64,000 bases of DNA from Trichosphaerium sp. ATCC 40318 (lineage: Eukaryota; Protista; Tubulinea): positions 248,001 through 312,000 of the forward strand of contig JALMLS010000175.1 in the NCBI GenBank assembly GCA_038496445.1. The letters are read 5' to 3'. Each line of letters starts with the position of its first letter. The stretch's first letter is position 1. Both the position numbers and the translations under genes were made by a program. The notes under the pieces were generated by a model. The model was not told the origin of the DNA, did not search any database, and was given only the letters and a program-made list of their open reading frames with translations. Of this stretch, positions 25,177-38,358 are shown in pieces.

Positions 25177-26236
25177 CTGCACTCGCTATTGTACGCTAGA
25201 TTAACGGCGTTGTGTATAAAATAAACCATTTAAATGATCGCATCTATTTTGAGGTTGCAGAAGTGCAATAACCCACTAACACGAGCTCATACGCGTGACG
25301 ACCTCGTTATGACGTGAGTACTATTGTTTCTCTGAGAAAAAAGCGAAGACACAAGTGAATTTATGGCAGTTGTGTGTTTACAGACAAAGACAAGTTGATG
25401 CATACTAACCATTTCCCTGCTCATATTTGGCATGTAATTCAAAACAATTTTTGCTTGAAACATTCAGCAATGGGTATAGTTGCTCTTAAGCCAGGTCAAC
25501 TCCAATAGCAATGATATCTTACCTGTCCGAGAAGCTGGTCTTTTTGAATGCTACCTGAACAAAAGAGCTGAAAGGAAACTGAGTATTTTGAAACTTTTTA
25601 GTACGTTTGTAAATAGGACATGGGATACGATTATAGCCTACTCTTACTAGACCTGCTTAAATGCTAGCTTTTGGCAATCACGTGGATACAAGAAAGAGTA
25701 GATGTTACCGGCACATGGTCACTTCGTTCATTCAATCAATCTCGAATAATAAAACTAGCGAAGTTCATAGTTACAGATAACGCACAGGTTGAGTGCATAA
25801 TGTTAACGTCTACCTGTGTAGAAAAAAAACAAATAGAGTTGCTGCTTTGGGTGCTGAAAAAAGTGTTACGTCCAAAGAAGAGAAAAACAGGCATGAGCCA
25901 AAGCTGTTTATCGTTTTGTTGATAAATCATGACTTGATTTCTGTTATTCATCACATGGCTTGGCATGTTATGAAAAAGCGTTGGAATTTTATTTGATACA
26001 AGAAGAGTTATTTATAAAACACATATAAATAAAGCTATTAAACATTATTTATTGTTCCGTTGCTGATGCCTAGTCAACATTTCATTCATGTATCTACAAT
26101 CAAAAATTAGGATTTGTTGGCATAAAAATCGTGGACAGACTCACTTACGACAGCCTATGAAACGTGCTTGAACGAATAAGCGACTCACATTTGGGAAAAT
26201 AAACCCACAAGGAAACATAATCCATAAGCAACGCAA

Positions 26237-27983
26237 ATGACACCACATTTCATATTTTGTTGTTTTTTGCTATCTTGTGCCGCATTAGGCCCTGTAGAAA
26301 ACTACAAGGAACTTTTTAGGTTCGTTTAGATTGTAAAGCGCCAACTCAATTTCTAACGGCGTTACAGGCTTCCTTTACCCACTGATGCGGCGTCTGATGC
26401 GTTCAACGTAACGTTTCTAACTGAGGCTGCGAAAACAGATGGTGCCGTCTGTATCGATGGTACTCCTGGCGCTTATTACTTCCGTCCAGGCTCCGGAAGT
26501 GGGGCTAACAAGTGGTAAGACAGATTCGTTCCCACGTGGTACTTGTGAACCACAAGGACAGTTTTTCTTTTCGAAAAGTTTTTGGACTTTTTCAACTTTT
26601 GACTCACGTGTTTTGAAAAGGTATATTCATCATCAAGGCGGTGGTTGGTACGTTAATAATACAATAGTATTTCGCTTACATTCATAGGTGTGAGAGCTCA
26701 GAAAGCTGTTTTGGTAGATCGAAAAGTACGTCTTTTCCATAACGGAATCATCTGACTTGTTAAGCTGCCCTTGGTTCCTCCAAGAAATATGCACCTACTA
26801 TACTACAGAACACTGGATATTTTTCAAACGATGATAAGGTTAACCCAATGATGTATAATTGGAACATGGTGTACCTAAAGTACTGTGACGGAGGATCGTT
26901 TTCAGGTTCGTTACTTTTTCTACCTTTTTATGTTTGTTTTTTTCACATTATCTTTTCAGGAAACAGAGAAGATCCTGATGTCTATGAGGGAAATAAATTA
27001 TACTATCGTGGAAAGCGAGTGCTAAACGCAATGCATGCTTCTTTGATGACAACGAAAGGCTTAGATAAAGCGACAGATGTTGTTATTTCAGGTTGTTCTG
27101 CGGGTGGCCTTGCAACATACTTTCACGTCGACTGGTGGGCAGGCAACCTTCCAAAAATGGCAAAAGTCAGAGGTACGAACTTTCCTCTCATGTTACTCCT
27201 TACTATATCATTCTTATGGTTACGAAAACACCTAATTTAACTTTACTTGTAGGTTTACCTGATAGTGGATTCTTCCTCGATTTTGAAGGTCCTCCTAAAT
27301 ATCATTCTGGAATGCAATGGGTATTCAAAGCAATGAACTCAACATCAGGTACACTTACACGTTCACTATCTTCATCCTATTCTTTCCTATGTGTGATGTT
27401 CTGACCAATACATGTCAGGTGTTAACCAAGCTTGTATCAAAGCTTATGAGCCAAGTGGTCAAACATGGCGGTGTATATTCGCACAAGTACGTTCTACCAC
27501 AAACATACATTACCACGAAATACTAAACCAAGTTTAGTACACTGCTCCGTTCTTAACCACACCAATATTTCCACTACAGTCTGAGTATGATAAATGGCAA
27601 ACAGCAAACGATTTGGGATCTACAAATGCTACATTGATCAACGATTATGGTGCATCATTGACATACTTGGTAAAACAGAATTTACTTGTCAATCCAATTC
27701 ATGGTATTTTCTTGGATTCATGTCATCATCACTGTGGAGAATGGTACTCTATTTTTCATTCACAGTAAAGATTATGTTTTTATAATGATCACTTATAGGG
27801 GCGATATTAAGATCAACGGAGACACACAAGCCATAGCCTTCCAAAAGTTCTACGAAGGAGACGAGAAAACGTACAACCTTTTTCTTTTGATGCCAATAAA
27901 CAAATCTTGTTCTGACTTTTTTCTGTTATAGACCTTATATCCAGGGCGCCATATATCCTTGTGAAAGTTGTTGTTCTATTTAA
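26237..27983 (+). CDS. secreted pectin acetylesterase / Notum family hydrolase
   Basis: Signal peptide; AVCIDGTPGAYY, HQGGGWC, YNWNMVYLKYCDGGSFSG, GCSAGG (catalytic Ser), DSGFFLD, DSCHHHC. Confidence 0.92.
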
Positions 27984-28144
27984 GATAATAAACTAAACCT
28001 CATCGTCAAGTCAAGGTCTACTCAGAATTGTAAAGAACGCCAACATAATTTTTAGTGTACATTCTTAGTTTGATTTATTGTACATAGGTTTTTTTTTGAT
28101 TGCTGGTTGTATGTACAAGTATTTGTTCAGTGTAATGCAACCCG

Positions 28145-30637
28145 TCATCTATAAGCAGGTTCAACTACACTATTTTGTACTGGAGACATAACTTTTGGTT
28201 TTGTTACTAAGTCAGGATTAGTACGAGACGGACCGACACATTTTTTTTTTATACCTTGGCTTGAAACTGGCATTGGCTGGTTGGGTTTGTATGAACTGAC
28301 AAGCGCTTTCGCAGTCTTGTTTCTCACTTTGAGATTCATATCTGGTCTATAGTGATTTATTGTTGCAGCAATTGAACATGTATCATTAGGATCCCACCAG
28401 AAAGGAATTGGTACTAATGTGAAACCTATGTAAAGTCTTATTTTTTTTTTGTTGGTTCTCTTTGGTTTGTCGTACCATAAGCAGCACATTGTAGTGCTTT
28501 ACCTTGATCACGTTGTATAAATACGGAAGAAGGTATTTTAAATGGAATAATATCTTGATAGTGTTGTTCGCCTGTAAACAAAGAATGAGAAATGAAATGC
28601 ATAGTGAGCTTATACCTTGGTATTCGATAGCAATTTTATGGCTAGGAATACAAATATCGACACCTATTAAGCTTCCCGTATGCACACATGTGCCAATAGA
28701 ATGTTCTTCTTCTACCGCGATGCCAGGGAAAATTGTTTTGATACACTCAAGAAGTAGCCTGTAGTTAAGAATTTAATGAGAAAATTTCAATATGCTTTTT
28801 TGGGTACTTTTGTTTTGCTTTCTTATTTGAAGAGAAAAACTTGCTCCAGTGCCATGATGAGTTTGGATACATTGCACTTAAAACAGAAATAAAATCTTTA
28901 GAAATACCATGGCCACCAAGACTAGATATCTTCGTCAAAGAAACGCGATACCTAACAAGAAAAGGTGAGATAAGAATAAACCCACAAAAAAAAACAACTA
29001 AAGACGCTTTGACTGTTATCTCAAAGCCACCAGCCTCAAACTCACATACAATGCTCATGCAAACAGAGATTCTTGTCTTATAAATAGTTTCCGATAAATG
29101 TGAGATGCGTACCATTCTTCAGGAGAGGTAACATTTAGTTCGTTTTCAAGATAACGAACAAATCTTACTCTATTTTGGTCACTCTTCCAATAGGTAGTTC
29201 CTACCGTCTTAAACTTCCATGGCAAGAATACCTCTTCTGGATATATGGTACTCAGCGCCTTACATAGAGAACCACCGTAATACCTTATGGTGTCAATCAC
29301 ATGAACAAGCATACCAAAAAAAAAAAAACTTACAGACTCACAAGATGACTTGCTTGGTGTGCTTGTAGTATATCCTGTGTAATATCATACCAACCATCCT
29401 TATTTGTTATACCAAGTAAACGCTTTACTTCATCGAATTTTGCTCTTTGGTTGTTAATATCCGTCCATGTTTTCATAGGTGTGCGTCTGGATTAAAACAA
29501 AGTTGCAGTGAGATTTTTACACGTGTCATTACTTCACTTACACGAAATGCCATGCTATCCATTTCTTCTCAGGGTATATTACCTCAAGAGCTCTAGGAAG
29601 TGACTTTGCATATCTTAACAAGTGTTATTGTTGAAGTATTACGAGAGTTCAAGTTACCTTACAATAATATGTTGAACACCTAAGCCTGATAAACTCTGGT
29701 ATGTATGTTTATACCAATCATCCAACGACGTCATTTTAAGTTTCTTATAAGCCAAGTCAAATTGTTCGCGCTGGTTAGCGATCAATGGATCAGTTGAAGT
29801 TCTACAAAACCAGGTTAGAATAAAAAAAAAGAAGAAAAAAAGCCATCACAATTTTTTTGAAATCGTACTTGAATCTCCAACTCTCCCATTGAAAATCAGG
29901 ATACAGATCATTCAAAGCACGCTCAACACAACTGCCATATCTAAACATGAAAATATAAGAAAAGAAGGAGAGTACGAATTCGCTGAAATCTATCTTACTT
30001 ACTTGTCAATAAAAACGCTAACGTTACCAAGCGCTAAAATATTATATCTTGTGTAGTTATACCAATCAGACATAACTTTAATACCCAGTTGTTCTGCTAC
30101 GTTGTCAAATTTACTTCTTATATTATACAAGTCACTCCAATGATTCATTGGTGCAGTTCTAATAAAGAAGTTAGATAAGAATGAAAATCACGTGCAACTT
30201 GTTTTTTATTGGACGTACGAGAACTTCCATCCAATCCAGTTGTAGTAAGGGTATAAATCGACCAAAGTCCTCATAATAGAATCGTTGTGTCTATGTCAAA
30301 TATATAAACGATATGGTCGATACTACTAGGATGTACAATACAACAAAAATAGACGAATGTCAAAAGTCTGAAAAGAAAAAAAAAGCGAGTTTTCTGCAAG
30401 TTTTTTATTTGCTTATTTAGTACCTATGGACTATAGTGTACCCCCCACAGTCAAATACGTCATTCTTGGTACACTTGTACCAATCATCCATTGTCTTTAG
30501 CTTTAGGGTTTCTTCTATTTCGTTAAACTTTGCTAGTCTTGCTTCTTTTGTTGTCCATTTGTTTCCCCGCCGCGTGGAAGTGACTGTGACATTATTGCTA
30601 AACGTTGTTTGTCTCTTTAATGTTACATTCTGTCACG
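28145..30637 (-). CDS. tandem ~75-aa Trp-rich repeat protein with C-terminal PD-(D/E)xK / RAP-like nuclease domain; 5' end uncertain
   Basis: About five repeats of W..N.R..FD...LG....DWY...YG.S..RAL..IYP...W..WKF, then GVDICIPSHKIAIEYQGEQHY...FTLVPIPFWWD. Confidence 0.8.
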
Positions 30638-30921
30638 TACGTTAAAACCGCTTTTGTAGTCGTTTTAGCGCTGTGTAACAACATTTAAGCGCGTTCGAGT
30701 ACAATTTATTGTAGGATCGTTGACACGCGTTACACTCAATGTATAAATCGAAAATACGCCATTGCGTGTTTAAAACGCGCTTTTAGACGATTTGGTGTTG
30801 TATTGCTACAAGTATTCGCAGCTGCTTGTATGGCGCTCTATACAACCACTTTAGCGACGTAATCTTGTTTATGGTACAACAAAGTTTGTAGCAGTCAAAT
30901 CTCGTCTTATCTGCTTCGAGC

Positions 30922-33194
30922 ATGCTGCTGTTGTTCCTCTTCTTTAGCTTTGGCTTGGGCGAGGTTACACACGAGTTTACGCCTTTAGAACAAGCGATAG
31001 TCAGCCTAGATGCGGCCGCAGCCGAAAAAGCACATGCCAATGGCGAAACTATCCAAGGAAGGCTCTCACGAGTCAATAACTTCTATTGTTACGCTGTCGC
31101 TGAAGGTATGATAACTCCTTCGTCTTAAAGTATTTACAAAGCAACAAAAAGGATCACTAGACGTTGTAAAGTTCTTTGTGAACACAATGAAGCTATCTTC
31201 GAATACTCTGTGTATCGTAGAATCAGGAAAATCGCCACTAACGTTTTTTGCTTTAAAAGGTGCGTATACAGCTTCTTTACACCGCAATTACTCATGGAGT
31301 AATGTTAAGGATGGGATGAAGTTACTAGATTAGATCATGGGAGGCCAATAAAACCGAACACGCACGTGATTTACTTCCAGTTTTTTGTTTGTTTGACATA
31401 TTTTGTCTAGAGATCACATTGCTGTGCTGAAATTCCTTCTAGATAAAGGCGCGTTGGTGAATGCTAAGAACGCTAAAGGAATGACGGCTCTTCATAGCGC
31501 TGTGCATACACGTAATATAGAAGCTGTTAAGCTTCTCATCGAACGAGGTTTGTAACATGTTTTGAGAAGTTTGTTCCACTGTTATGACTAAAGTTAGGGG
31601 CGATGTTGCTATCGGGTTCACTGACACCTCTTCATATATTATATTCACGTGCTACGAATGATTTCAAGAATATGATACCAGGTTATGTACTACGAAGACA
31701 AAAAGATCAGGATTTTGGAGACAACACAGTTAATGCAATAGAACGTTTTCAAATAGATATCGACTATTCGTATCGTATGTCAGTGCTTAGTATACTATTA
31801 TCAATGCTAATTTATACACTAGGTACTAATAGAACCATTGGTGTATCTGAGTGGTGGGATTCTTCGTATGTTGAATGGAATAAACCGTATCTTGAGGCAT
31901 TTAGTTCAGCTAAAGGATTTGACAAGAAATTTATTAATGCACGATACCTGAGATATGATCAAACTGCTTTACATCTTGCAGCAGATGCTGGAGACCTTAA
32001 TGGTATTTCATGGATGATAGAAAATGGAGCAAACATTAAATTGCAAGATACACATGGCTATACGGCACTACATGCGGCAGCACGGAGGTAAAGGAAATAG
32101 AAGTGATATTATTAATTTTTAATTAAAGGAACAACACTGAAGTATTTAAAGCACTTGACAGTGAAGAGCTGTCAAGTATCAAGGATAAGTATGGTAGAAC
32201 TGCAAGGGATATTTTAGAGACATGGAACGCGGAGGCTTTTATTGAGTTTCCAGATGGAGAAGAAGAAGGAACGAATACACATTATATTGAAGAAAGAGAT
32301 GATATTTCTAAAGAAGAAATGAAACGAGATTTCTTATCTATTTTGAAACCTGTCAAGTACTTTTTTTTCGTGTTGTTCATCTACCTCCCTTTGCTTTATA
32401 GTCTCTTATTTGGTAATAGGATAATTAATGCTGCTGATAAGTATTTTGGTGAAATATTACCTAAATTATCACGTGATAATTTAATCGAGAAGTATGGAGA
32501 AACAACTGTAAAAATATCTCCTATACCTTATGCGAGAAAATATGGTTTAAGGAATGTTACAAAAAAAATGACATTGGAGGAATACATCACAAGCATTGAT
32601 GCTGAAACAAAAGAAGGTTCTACTGAAGAAAATATAGAACATAACGAAGATGGCGTACCATATTTATTTGATCATATTAAATGGCCAGAGCCGGGTCCCT
32701 TTGAAGGTATCAATTTACCAAACATTTTTGATGGTTGTTACATAAGACGTGTACAATTCTATTACGGACCTAAAGACTCAGGTAATATACTACCTTGAAC
32801 TATTGACTTATGATATTTTTATTAGGAGCACCAGTACATTATCATCAGAACGCTGTAAATGTATTGGTAACAGGGAAAAAGAAGTGGTTCATTTTTCCGT
32901 TCAGGGTATGTAGAGTTTTTACTTTGTTTTTTTGACCTTTTTTCAAGTATTCCTTTGTATCTTCTATGCCTATGCATCGGTGGGTTGAAGAAATTTTACC
33001 AAGTGTACATCCTAAGCCTATAATTTTTATTCAAAATGCTGGAGATGTTGTGTATATTCCTGATAGCTGGTATGTAGAATTGTGTTTTATTTTTAACTTG
33101 AAACTTATCCAAAACAAAAAGGGGTCATGGAGTTTTAAACTTGGAAACTTCTATTGGTTTTGCAGCAGAAATTGGATTCAAAAAGGGTTCTTGA
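30922..33194 (+). CDS. signal peptide + ankyrin repeats + JmjC (JMJD8-like cupin) protein
   Basis: Hydrophobic N-terminus; ankyrin motifs GMTALHSAV, QTALHLAA, GYTALHAAA; JmjC motifs YYGPKDSGAPVHYHQNA..GKKKW, QNAGDVVYIPDSWGHGVLN. Confidence 0.85.
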
Positions 33195-33510
33195 ATTGGT
33201 GTAAGTTAGAGTCTACATAAAATCTTTGTGTACAAACAGTGACCTAAGATAACACAGAATTCATGAGAAACTTATTGAGTACTGTTTTTGTTTGTCGACT
33301 CAACTCGGCTTGTAGACTTATGAGTTTAACAGCCGCTTCCGTTAAACGTTTTCCTTGCCCTCAAAAACTAGAACCAAAAAAGTCAAATGTGGCATATAAT
33401 TTCCTGACAATCAACCAACTTTCGCAATAATTTCCTATTTCGTCTAGCCGAATATTCAATGTTTTTGGCTTAAATACTATACTTTAAGATTGTATTTTTT
33501 GCTGATCATC

Positions 33511-34631
33511 ATGTATGAAGCCACACCTAAATCAGAACTACTCAAAGCTGTGCTAGCAAATGATATTACAGCCGTCGAAAAATTACTACAGCAAGGCGCA
33601 AACCCAAACGAAACTGTTTATCCCTGTGATGGATGGTCTACTGTCGAGTAATACCCACCTTTTCATAAACATACAGTTAACTGACTACAAATTATAGATA
33701 CACGCTTATACACATTCCCTTATGCACAGCGAAACGACTTACAAACGAGGAAGTGATACCAAACATAAAACTAACTTCAATGCTTCTCAATTACAATGCA
33801 AACGTCAATGGGCTTTATGTAGCGTATGGCTGGGCCCCAATTAAAACTTCAGCTTTACGAGAGATCGTGGCATTGACAATTGAAAACCCTTCAAAAGAGT
33901 ACTATGACCTCTTGAAGCTTGGGTTATCAAAAGGCGGTGATGTAAATACGTCAGTAACAGAAGAAAAAGCAAGGTGTTACTACACAGAAACGTTACTAAC
34001 AAAAGCGCTTGGTCATCCTGTTGTCCTTCAAATGTTACTCAAGACACGTGGCACTGATCCTGATATCTATAATTATTTAGAAGCTTATAATGTTTGTTCA
34101 GTAGAACATGAAGCACACTTTACAGCATTACATCACTTGATTAAAACCCGAGATTTCCACGAACTATCAATGCTGTTATTACTTCACTACGGAGCAGATG
34201 TTAACAAGAAGAAAAATTATAAGTTTGGTTTTGAGTCGACATGTGCTTCAGCCACACCTTTGCATTTGGCTATTAAATCAAAAGATGTCAAGAAAGTTGT
34301 GATTCTTCGTATGTTCAATGCAGATGTAACAATACCTTTCTCTTCTGGGGGTGAGACATCAAATTGTATGGAACTAGTTGATAAGTACATGGATACAAAA
34401 TCACAAGATGATAAAGAAGCAAAGAAACTGATGACATTGGCATTAAATCACAGATGGCATCCAAGATTACATAAATATTTTCCAAGGTTGTTTAGGGAGC
34501 AAGTTTTTTACCTTATGCTCTGTATTAAACGAGTTGAACCTTATCTACCACGTGAATTATTACAATACATAATATGTCAGTTTGCCTATGGAGGGTTTTT
34601 TGAACCTAAATTTATTGTTGGCTTACTTTGA
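33511..34631 (+). CDS. ankyrin-repeat protein with C-terminal F-box-like motif (1 intron)
   Basis: LLQQGANPN, TALHHL, ATPLHLAI; C-terminal WHPRLHKYFP..FREQV..LPRELLQYII. Confidence 0.85.
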
Positions 34632-35035
34632 AGCTTAAATAAAATTTTAATTTACAATTTTTGTTTGTTGCTTGCAAAACCATTCTTTGTTTTTTCAATT
34701 TAAATAACCATAGTGAAACTAAGTGGACTGGTGCTAATATTCTGGATGAACCATTTCAGGGGTTCAATTAATGAGACCGAAGCTCAATTCTGAACTCAAC
34801 AGAAGACGCATTAACATGATTAAACTAACCTAGCCCTTGAACACTTCATTTTCTTTCTGGCGCAACGGTTATTCTAAGATGTCAATGGTGCTGCGCTGAA
34901 GGGGCGTCTTTGGTTAACGCTTCCCAAAGACATGCAGGCCTTAAACATCTAAGAAACTTTCTTGTATGACAATTCACAATCTATTAGATTCCAAGAAGTG
35001 TCGGTTCTTGTGAATAGTCCAGCTTGTTCTTTCAA

Positions 35036-36199
35036 ATGCTCTCACAACCAAAGCAACTTCAAGAGGGTGTTCCTACAAGCGATGACTACACCTCACAGCT
35101 CAATTTTGATAGTTTGAGTGAAATCACAGCATTTCTGTCCCTTTATGATATCCACTCTCTTCTATGCGTATCTAAATACTACAATCAAACGTTGGACAAT
35201 TACAGAGACCCATGGAGGCAATTTCTTCTTCGAACAGCTCCAGAATGTGCGTCAGTACTTCTCTACGCCATAAAAGATCCTTCAGTATTAAAACGGGTCT
35301 GCTCCTACCTATTTTCTCAAGATCTCGAAGAAACAATGCCGTTTCGCTTGAAAAAGGTGTACAAGTTATCATCACGTGCTGTAGAGTTGCCTATGAAACG
35401 AAGTCGTCGTGCACCTAAAAACACGTTTGAGTTCTCTTGGATCAACAGCCTTGAAACAACTGAAGCTGAACTTGCAAACGCAAAACAGATAATGTTTCTA
35501 AGGTGGCAATACAAGCAATGGGAGGAAATGAAGCCTTTAGCTACAATGAAGATTTTTGATAAAGATGTTTCTTTGGGCAAGCTCTTTCGCCTTCTTTTCC
35601 GCCATTACTATGCTAGAAATACAGGTGCTGATAACGTGGTATGGGGAACCCATCAATTATGTCATTATACTCAAGTTAAAGCACATATGATTGGATTATG
35701 TGGAAAGTCTGTTGAGTTTATTGCAAGGTATCATAAGTTTGACTGCTATCACAGAATGGAAAATTTAAAAGCTGAAAAGTATAAGGTAGTTGATACAGAA
35801 GAGGTGTTTAAATCTACAAGAAATTTCAATACAGATATTCCACCAGAAACAATAAAACCTATGGTTTCTTTAGATGAGTCAAAAGATGGCCCCGAGTTTG
35901 AAGATATAGATGAACTAAACAAGAAGAATTTTCTTTTCTGCACAAAAAAAAGTGAATTTGGGACTTTTGATAAACGTTTTACTTCAGCTGATGTTGAGAT
36001 CATATCCACTACGTTGTTTGGTGGTTTGGTTACAAATCATAAAGAAATAGCATGTGATTTGTCTACTTTTTTACGTAGGAATCTCTTCCCAGGGATGTTG
36101 AGGCCAAATATTGAAGTATCTTCCTCATATGGCTATTCAATTAAACCTACTGGTATTGCCTATGATTGTTGTACTGGATACATGGTTTTTAGTAAATAA
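35036..36199 (+). CDS. F-box domain protein (intronless)
   Basis: N-terminal LNFDSLSEITAFLSLYDIHSLLCVSKYY..W; the rest is unrecognised. Confidence 0.75.
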   Translation: MLSQPKQLQEGVPTSDDYTSQLNFDSLSEITAFLSLYDIHSLLCVSKYYNQTLDNYRDPWRQFLLRTAPECASVLLYAIKDPSVLKRVCSYLFSQDLEETMPFRLKKVYKLSSRAVELPMKRSRRAPKNTFEFSWINSLETTEAELANAKQIMFLRWQYKQWEEMKPLATMKIFDKDVSLGKLFRLLFRHYYARNTGADNVVWGTHQLCHYTQVKAHMIGLCGKSVEFIARYHKFDCYHRMENLKAEKYKVVDTEEVFKSTRNFNTDIPPETIKPMVSLDESKDGPEFEDIDELNKKNFLFCTKKSEFGTFDKRFTSADVEIISTTLFGGLVTNHKEIACDLSTFLRRNLFPGMLRPNIEVSSSYGYSIKPTGIAYDCCTGYMVFSK

Positions 36200-37016
36200 T
36201 GTCATTTTTACACATTTTCTTCAAAAATGTTGCTTCCACTTGTCAGAATTAAATGAGAATATACGCATTCAAAGGGGCAATGAAAAAGGTTATCTATTCC
36301 ACGTGATGTCTAATTAACTCTATTCTCAGGTATTGAACATCTATGTGTTGGAGAGGATCAACAAAGAACTAAACACTACTTTGTTTTTTATTAACGTATA
36401 GTACTTTCGCAACACCTCACTGTCTTATCGAGATACTACAACATAAGTGCCTTGAATTTGCAAATCTGGATAACAGCAGGCTTAATGTGAACTCTATTGA
36501 GTCTTTCATTCTTACAATGTTTAGAACGGCAAGTGTAAGCTTTGATAAAGTGTATCATTTGAGAATAATCAGTTTTATCAATCGGTGGATGTCTCGATAT
36601 TTCTTTGATTTCGAAGCACGTGATAGAAAAAACCCTTCACGTGATTTTGTCCTGTCAAATTAACGTCACTACATGCACATTTTGGCACAAAAGTAGCGTT
36701 AGGTCAGCACGAATATTTTTAAAAGGGCTGATAGAGGGATTTCAATCACTCGTGTGTAGAACTGTAATTTTAAGCCGTTTTAGACTACCTCTAATCAAAA
36801 TAAAGTAGCTGGTTCAAAAAGAAGCTAATTACTTTGATGTTCACTGAATGAAGACTGGTTGGTCGTTCTAAATCTCGGACCGCCAATGGACCGAAAAACG
36901 ATAGCTGGAAACCGGACCGGTATTTGCCAGCTCTACGTTGTGTCTTTTATACGCCATTGTTTAAAACAGGGCTGAAACCAGCCAACGTTCATAGCATTTG
37001 CAGTCAAAATTAGTCA

Positions 37017-38072
37017 ATGATATCGCAAAATTCTTTAGTTCCTTGGAGTACGCCAATGAACCAAAACACGTGTTTCTTTGATGAAATTCCTGTTGAAGTT
37101 ATTGTTCATATCCTACAAAACGTTTCGTTGTCTGCTTTGCGCTCAGTAGTGCGTACATCTAAAATATTGGCCAATATCGCAAAACAGCACTTGGGATACG
37201 GAGATAAACGCATAATCAGAATTAAATCTAAAAAGAAGTTGAAAAAACTGCATAAAACAGCACCACAGCTCATCAAGTCCAACGAGCTTGTTCTATGGTT
37301 CTCTCTAAAACAAAAGCACTTAAAATACCTACAGGGAGTGTATGAACTCTACATATTAAAAATGTTCTCAGAGGTTGATTTTACAGACTTTAACATTGTT
37401 GGCAGTATTGACTTTAGACATTGTAAGAATGTGACAGATGATCACCTTATACAACTTGCTGGAATTCAAAAGATAAACTTATTTGCTACCAATGTGACAG
37501 ATAGAGGTGTCAAAGCTTTAGCTGGCGTTCATACAATTAATCTTAGTCGTTGCAATAGAATAACAGGCTCAGGTGTAAAAGCACTTGCTGGAGTTCATAT
37601 CATTGATCTAAGTTATTGTGAGAATGTTACAGATGATGGTATCAAAGAACTAGCTGGAGTTGAAGTAATCCGTTTGAGAAGTTGCAACCAAATCACAGAT
37701 AAAGGTATTATACCATTGGCAGGAGTTCATTGCATTGATTTAGAGCATTGTTGTGATGGCATCACAGATGCTGGTGTCAAAGCATTGGCAGGAGTTCATA
37801 CAATTGATTTACGCTGTTGTAGTAATTTAACAGATGCTGGTATCAAGGCATTGGCAGGAGCACATACGATTGATTTAAGTAATACAAGTGTGACAGACGA
37901 TGGTGTAAAAGCATTGGCTGGTGTTCATACAATTGAGTTAAACCATTGTGATTGTATTACTATTGATGGTATTAAAGCATTAACAGGTGCAAATTTGATT
38001 GTGCTATTTAGATGTCAGCACATAAAAGAAAGCGACATTCAAGGTTGGGATGGTGCTAATGTAATAATATAA
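37017..38072 (+). CDS. F-box / 22-aa LRR protein (intronless)
   Basis: F-box FDEIPVEVIVHILQNV; about 10 repeats of GVHTIDL..C..ITD.GVKALA. Confidence 0.9.
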   Translation: MISQNSLVPWSTPMNQNTCFFDEIPVEVIVHILQNVSLSALRSVVRTSKILANIAKQHLGYGDKRIIRIKSKKKLKKLHKTAPQLIKSNELVLWFSLKQKHLKYLQGVYELYILKMFSEVDFTDFNIVGSIDFRHCKNVTDDHLIQLAGIQKINLFATNVTDRGVKALAGVHTINLSRCNRITGSGVKALAGVHIIDLSYCENVTDDGIKELAGVEVIRLRSCNQITDKGIIPLAGVHCIDLEHCCDGITDAGVKALAGVHTIDLRCCSNLTDAGIKALAGAHTIDLSNTSVTDDGVKALAGVHTIELNHCDCITIDGIKALTGANLIVLFRCQHIKESDIQGWDGANVII

Positions 38073-38358
38073 GGTTGGAGCAGTTCCAAATACCTCTTGT
38101 ACCGCTCCAATGCGGCCAAATAAAACTGTTGCAAGTCTTCAAAGAAAGAAGTGAAACAATTGGGAACAAAACAATGTTCTTTCCAGCACTTTGTACTTGG
38201 TCGTGTAACAACCTTATCAGTAATGACCGCCCAGCGATAGGTAGCAAACATTTTCGCTTTAAGCAGTTTGCAGTATTGGGCTTAGCTAATCGCTGCTACA
38301 AGATAAATCAGCAGAAAAATTGATACTTGTAAAATTGCATCTTGTCTGTTTGTGTTTA

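Noticed and set aside
34720-34780. ILDEPFQG Walker-B-like peptide
   Set aside because: Too short, with no supporting flanking similarity.
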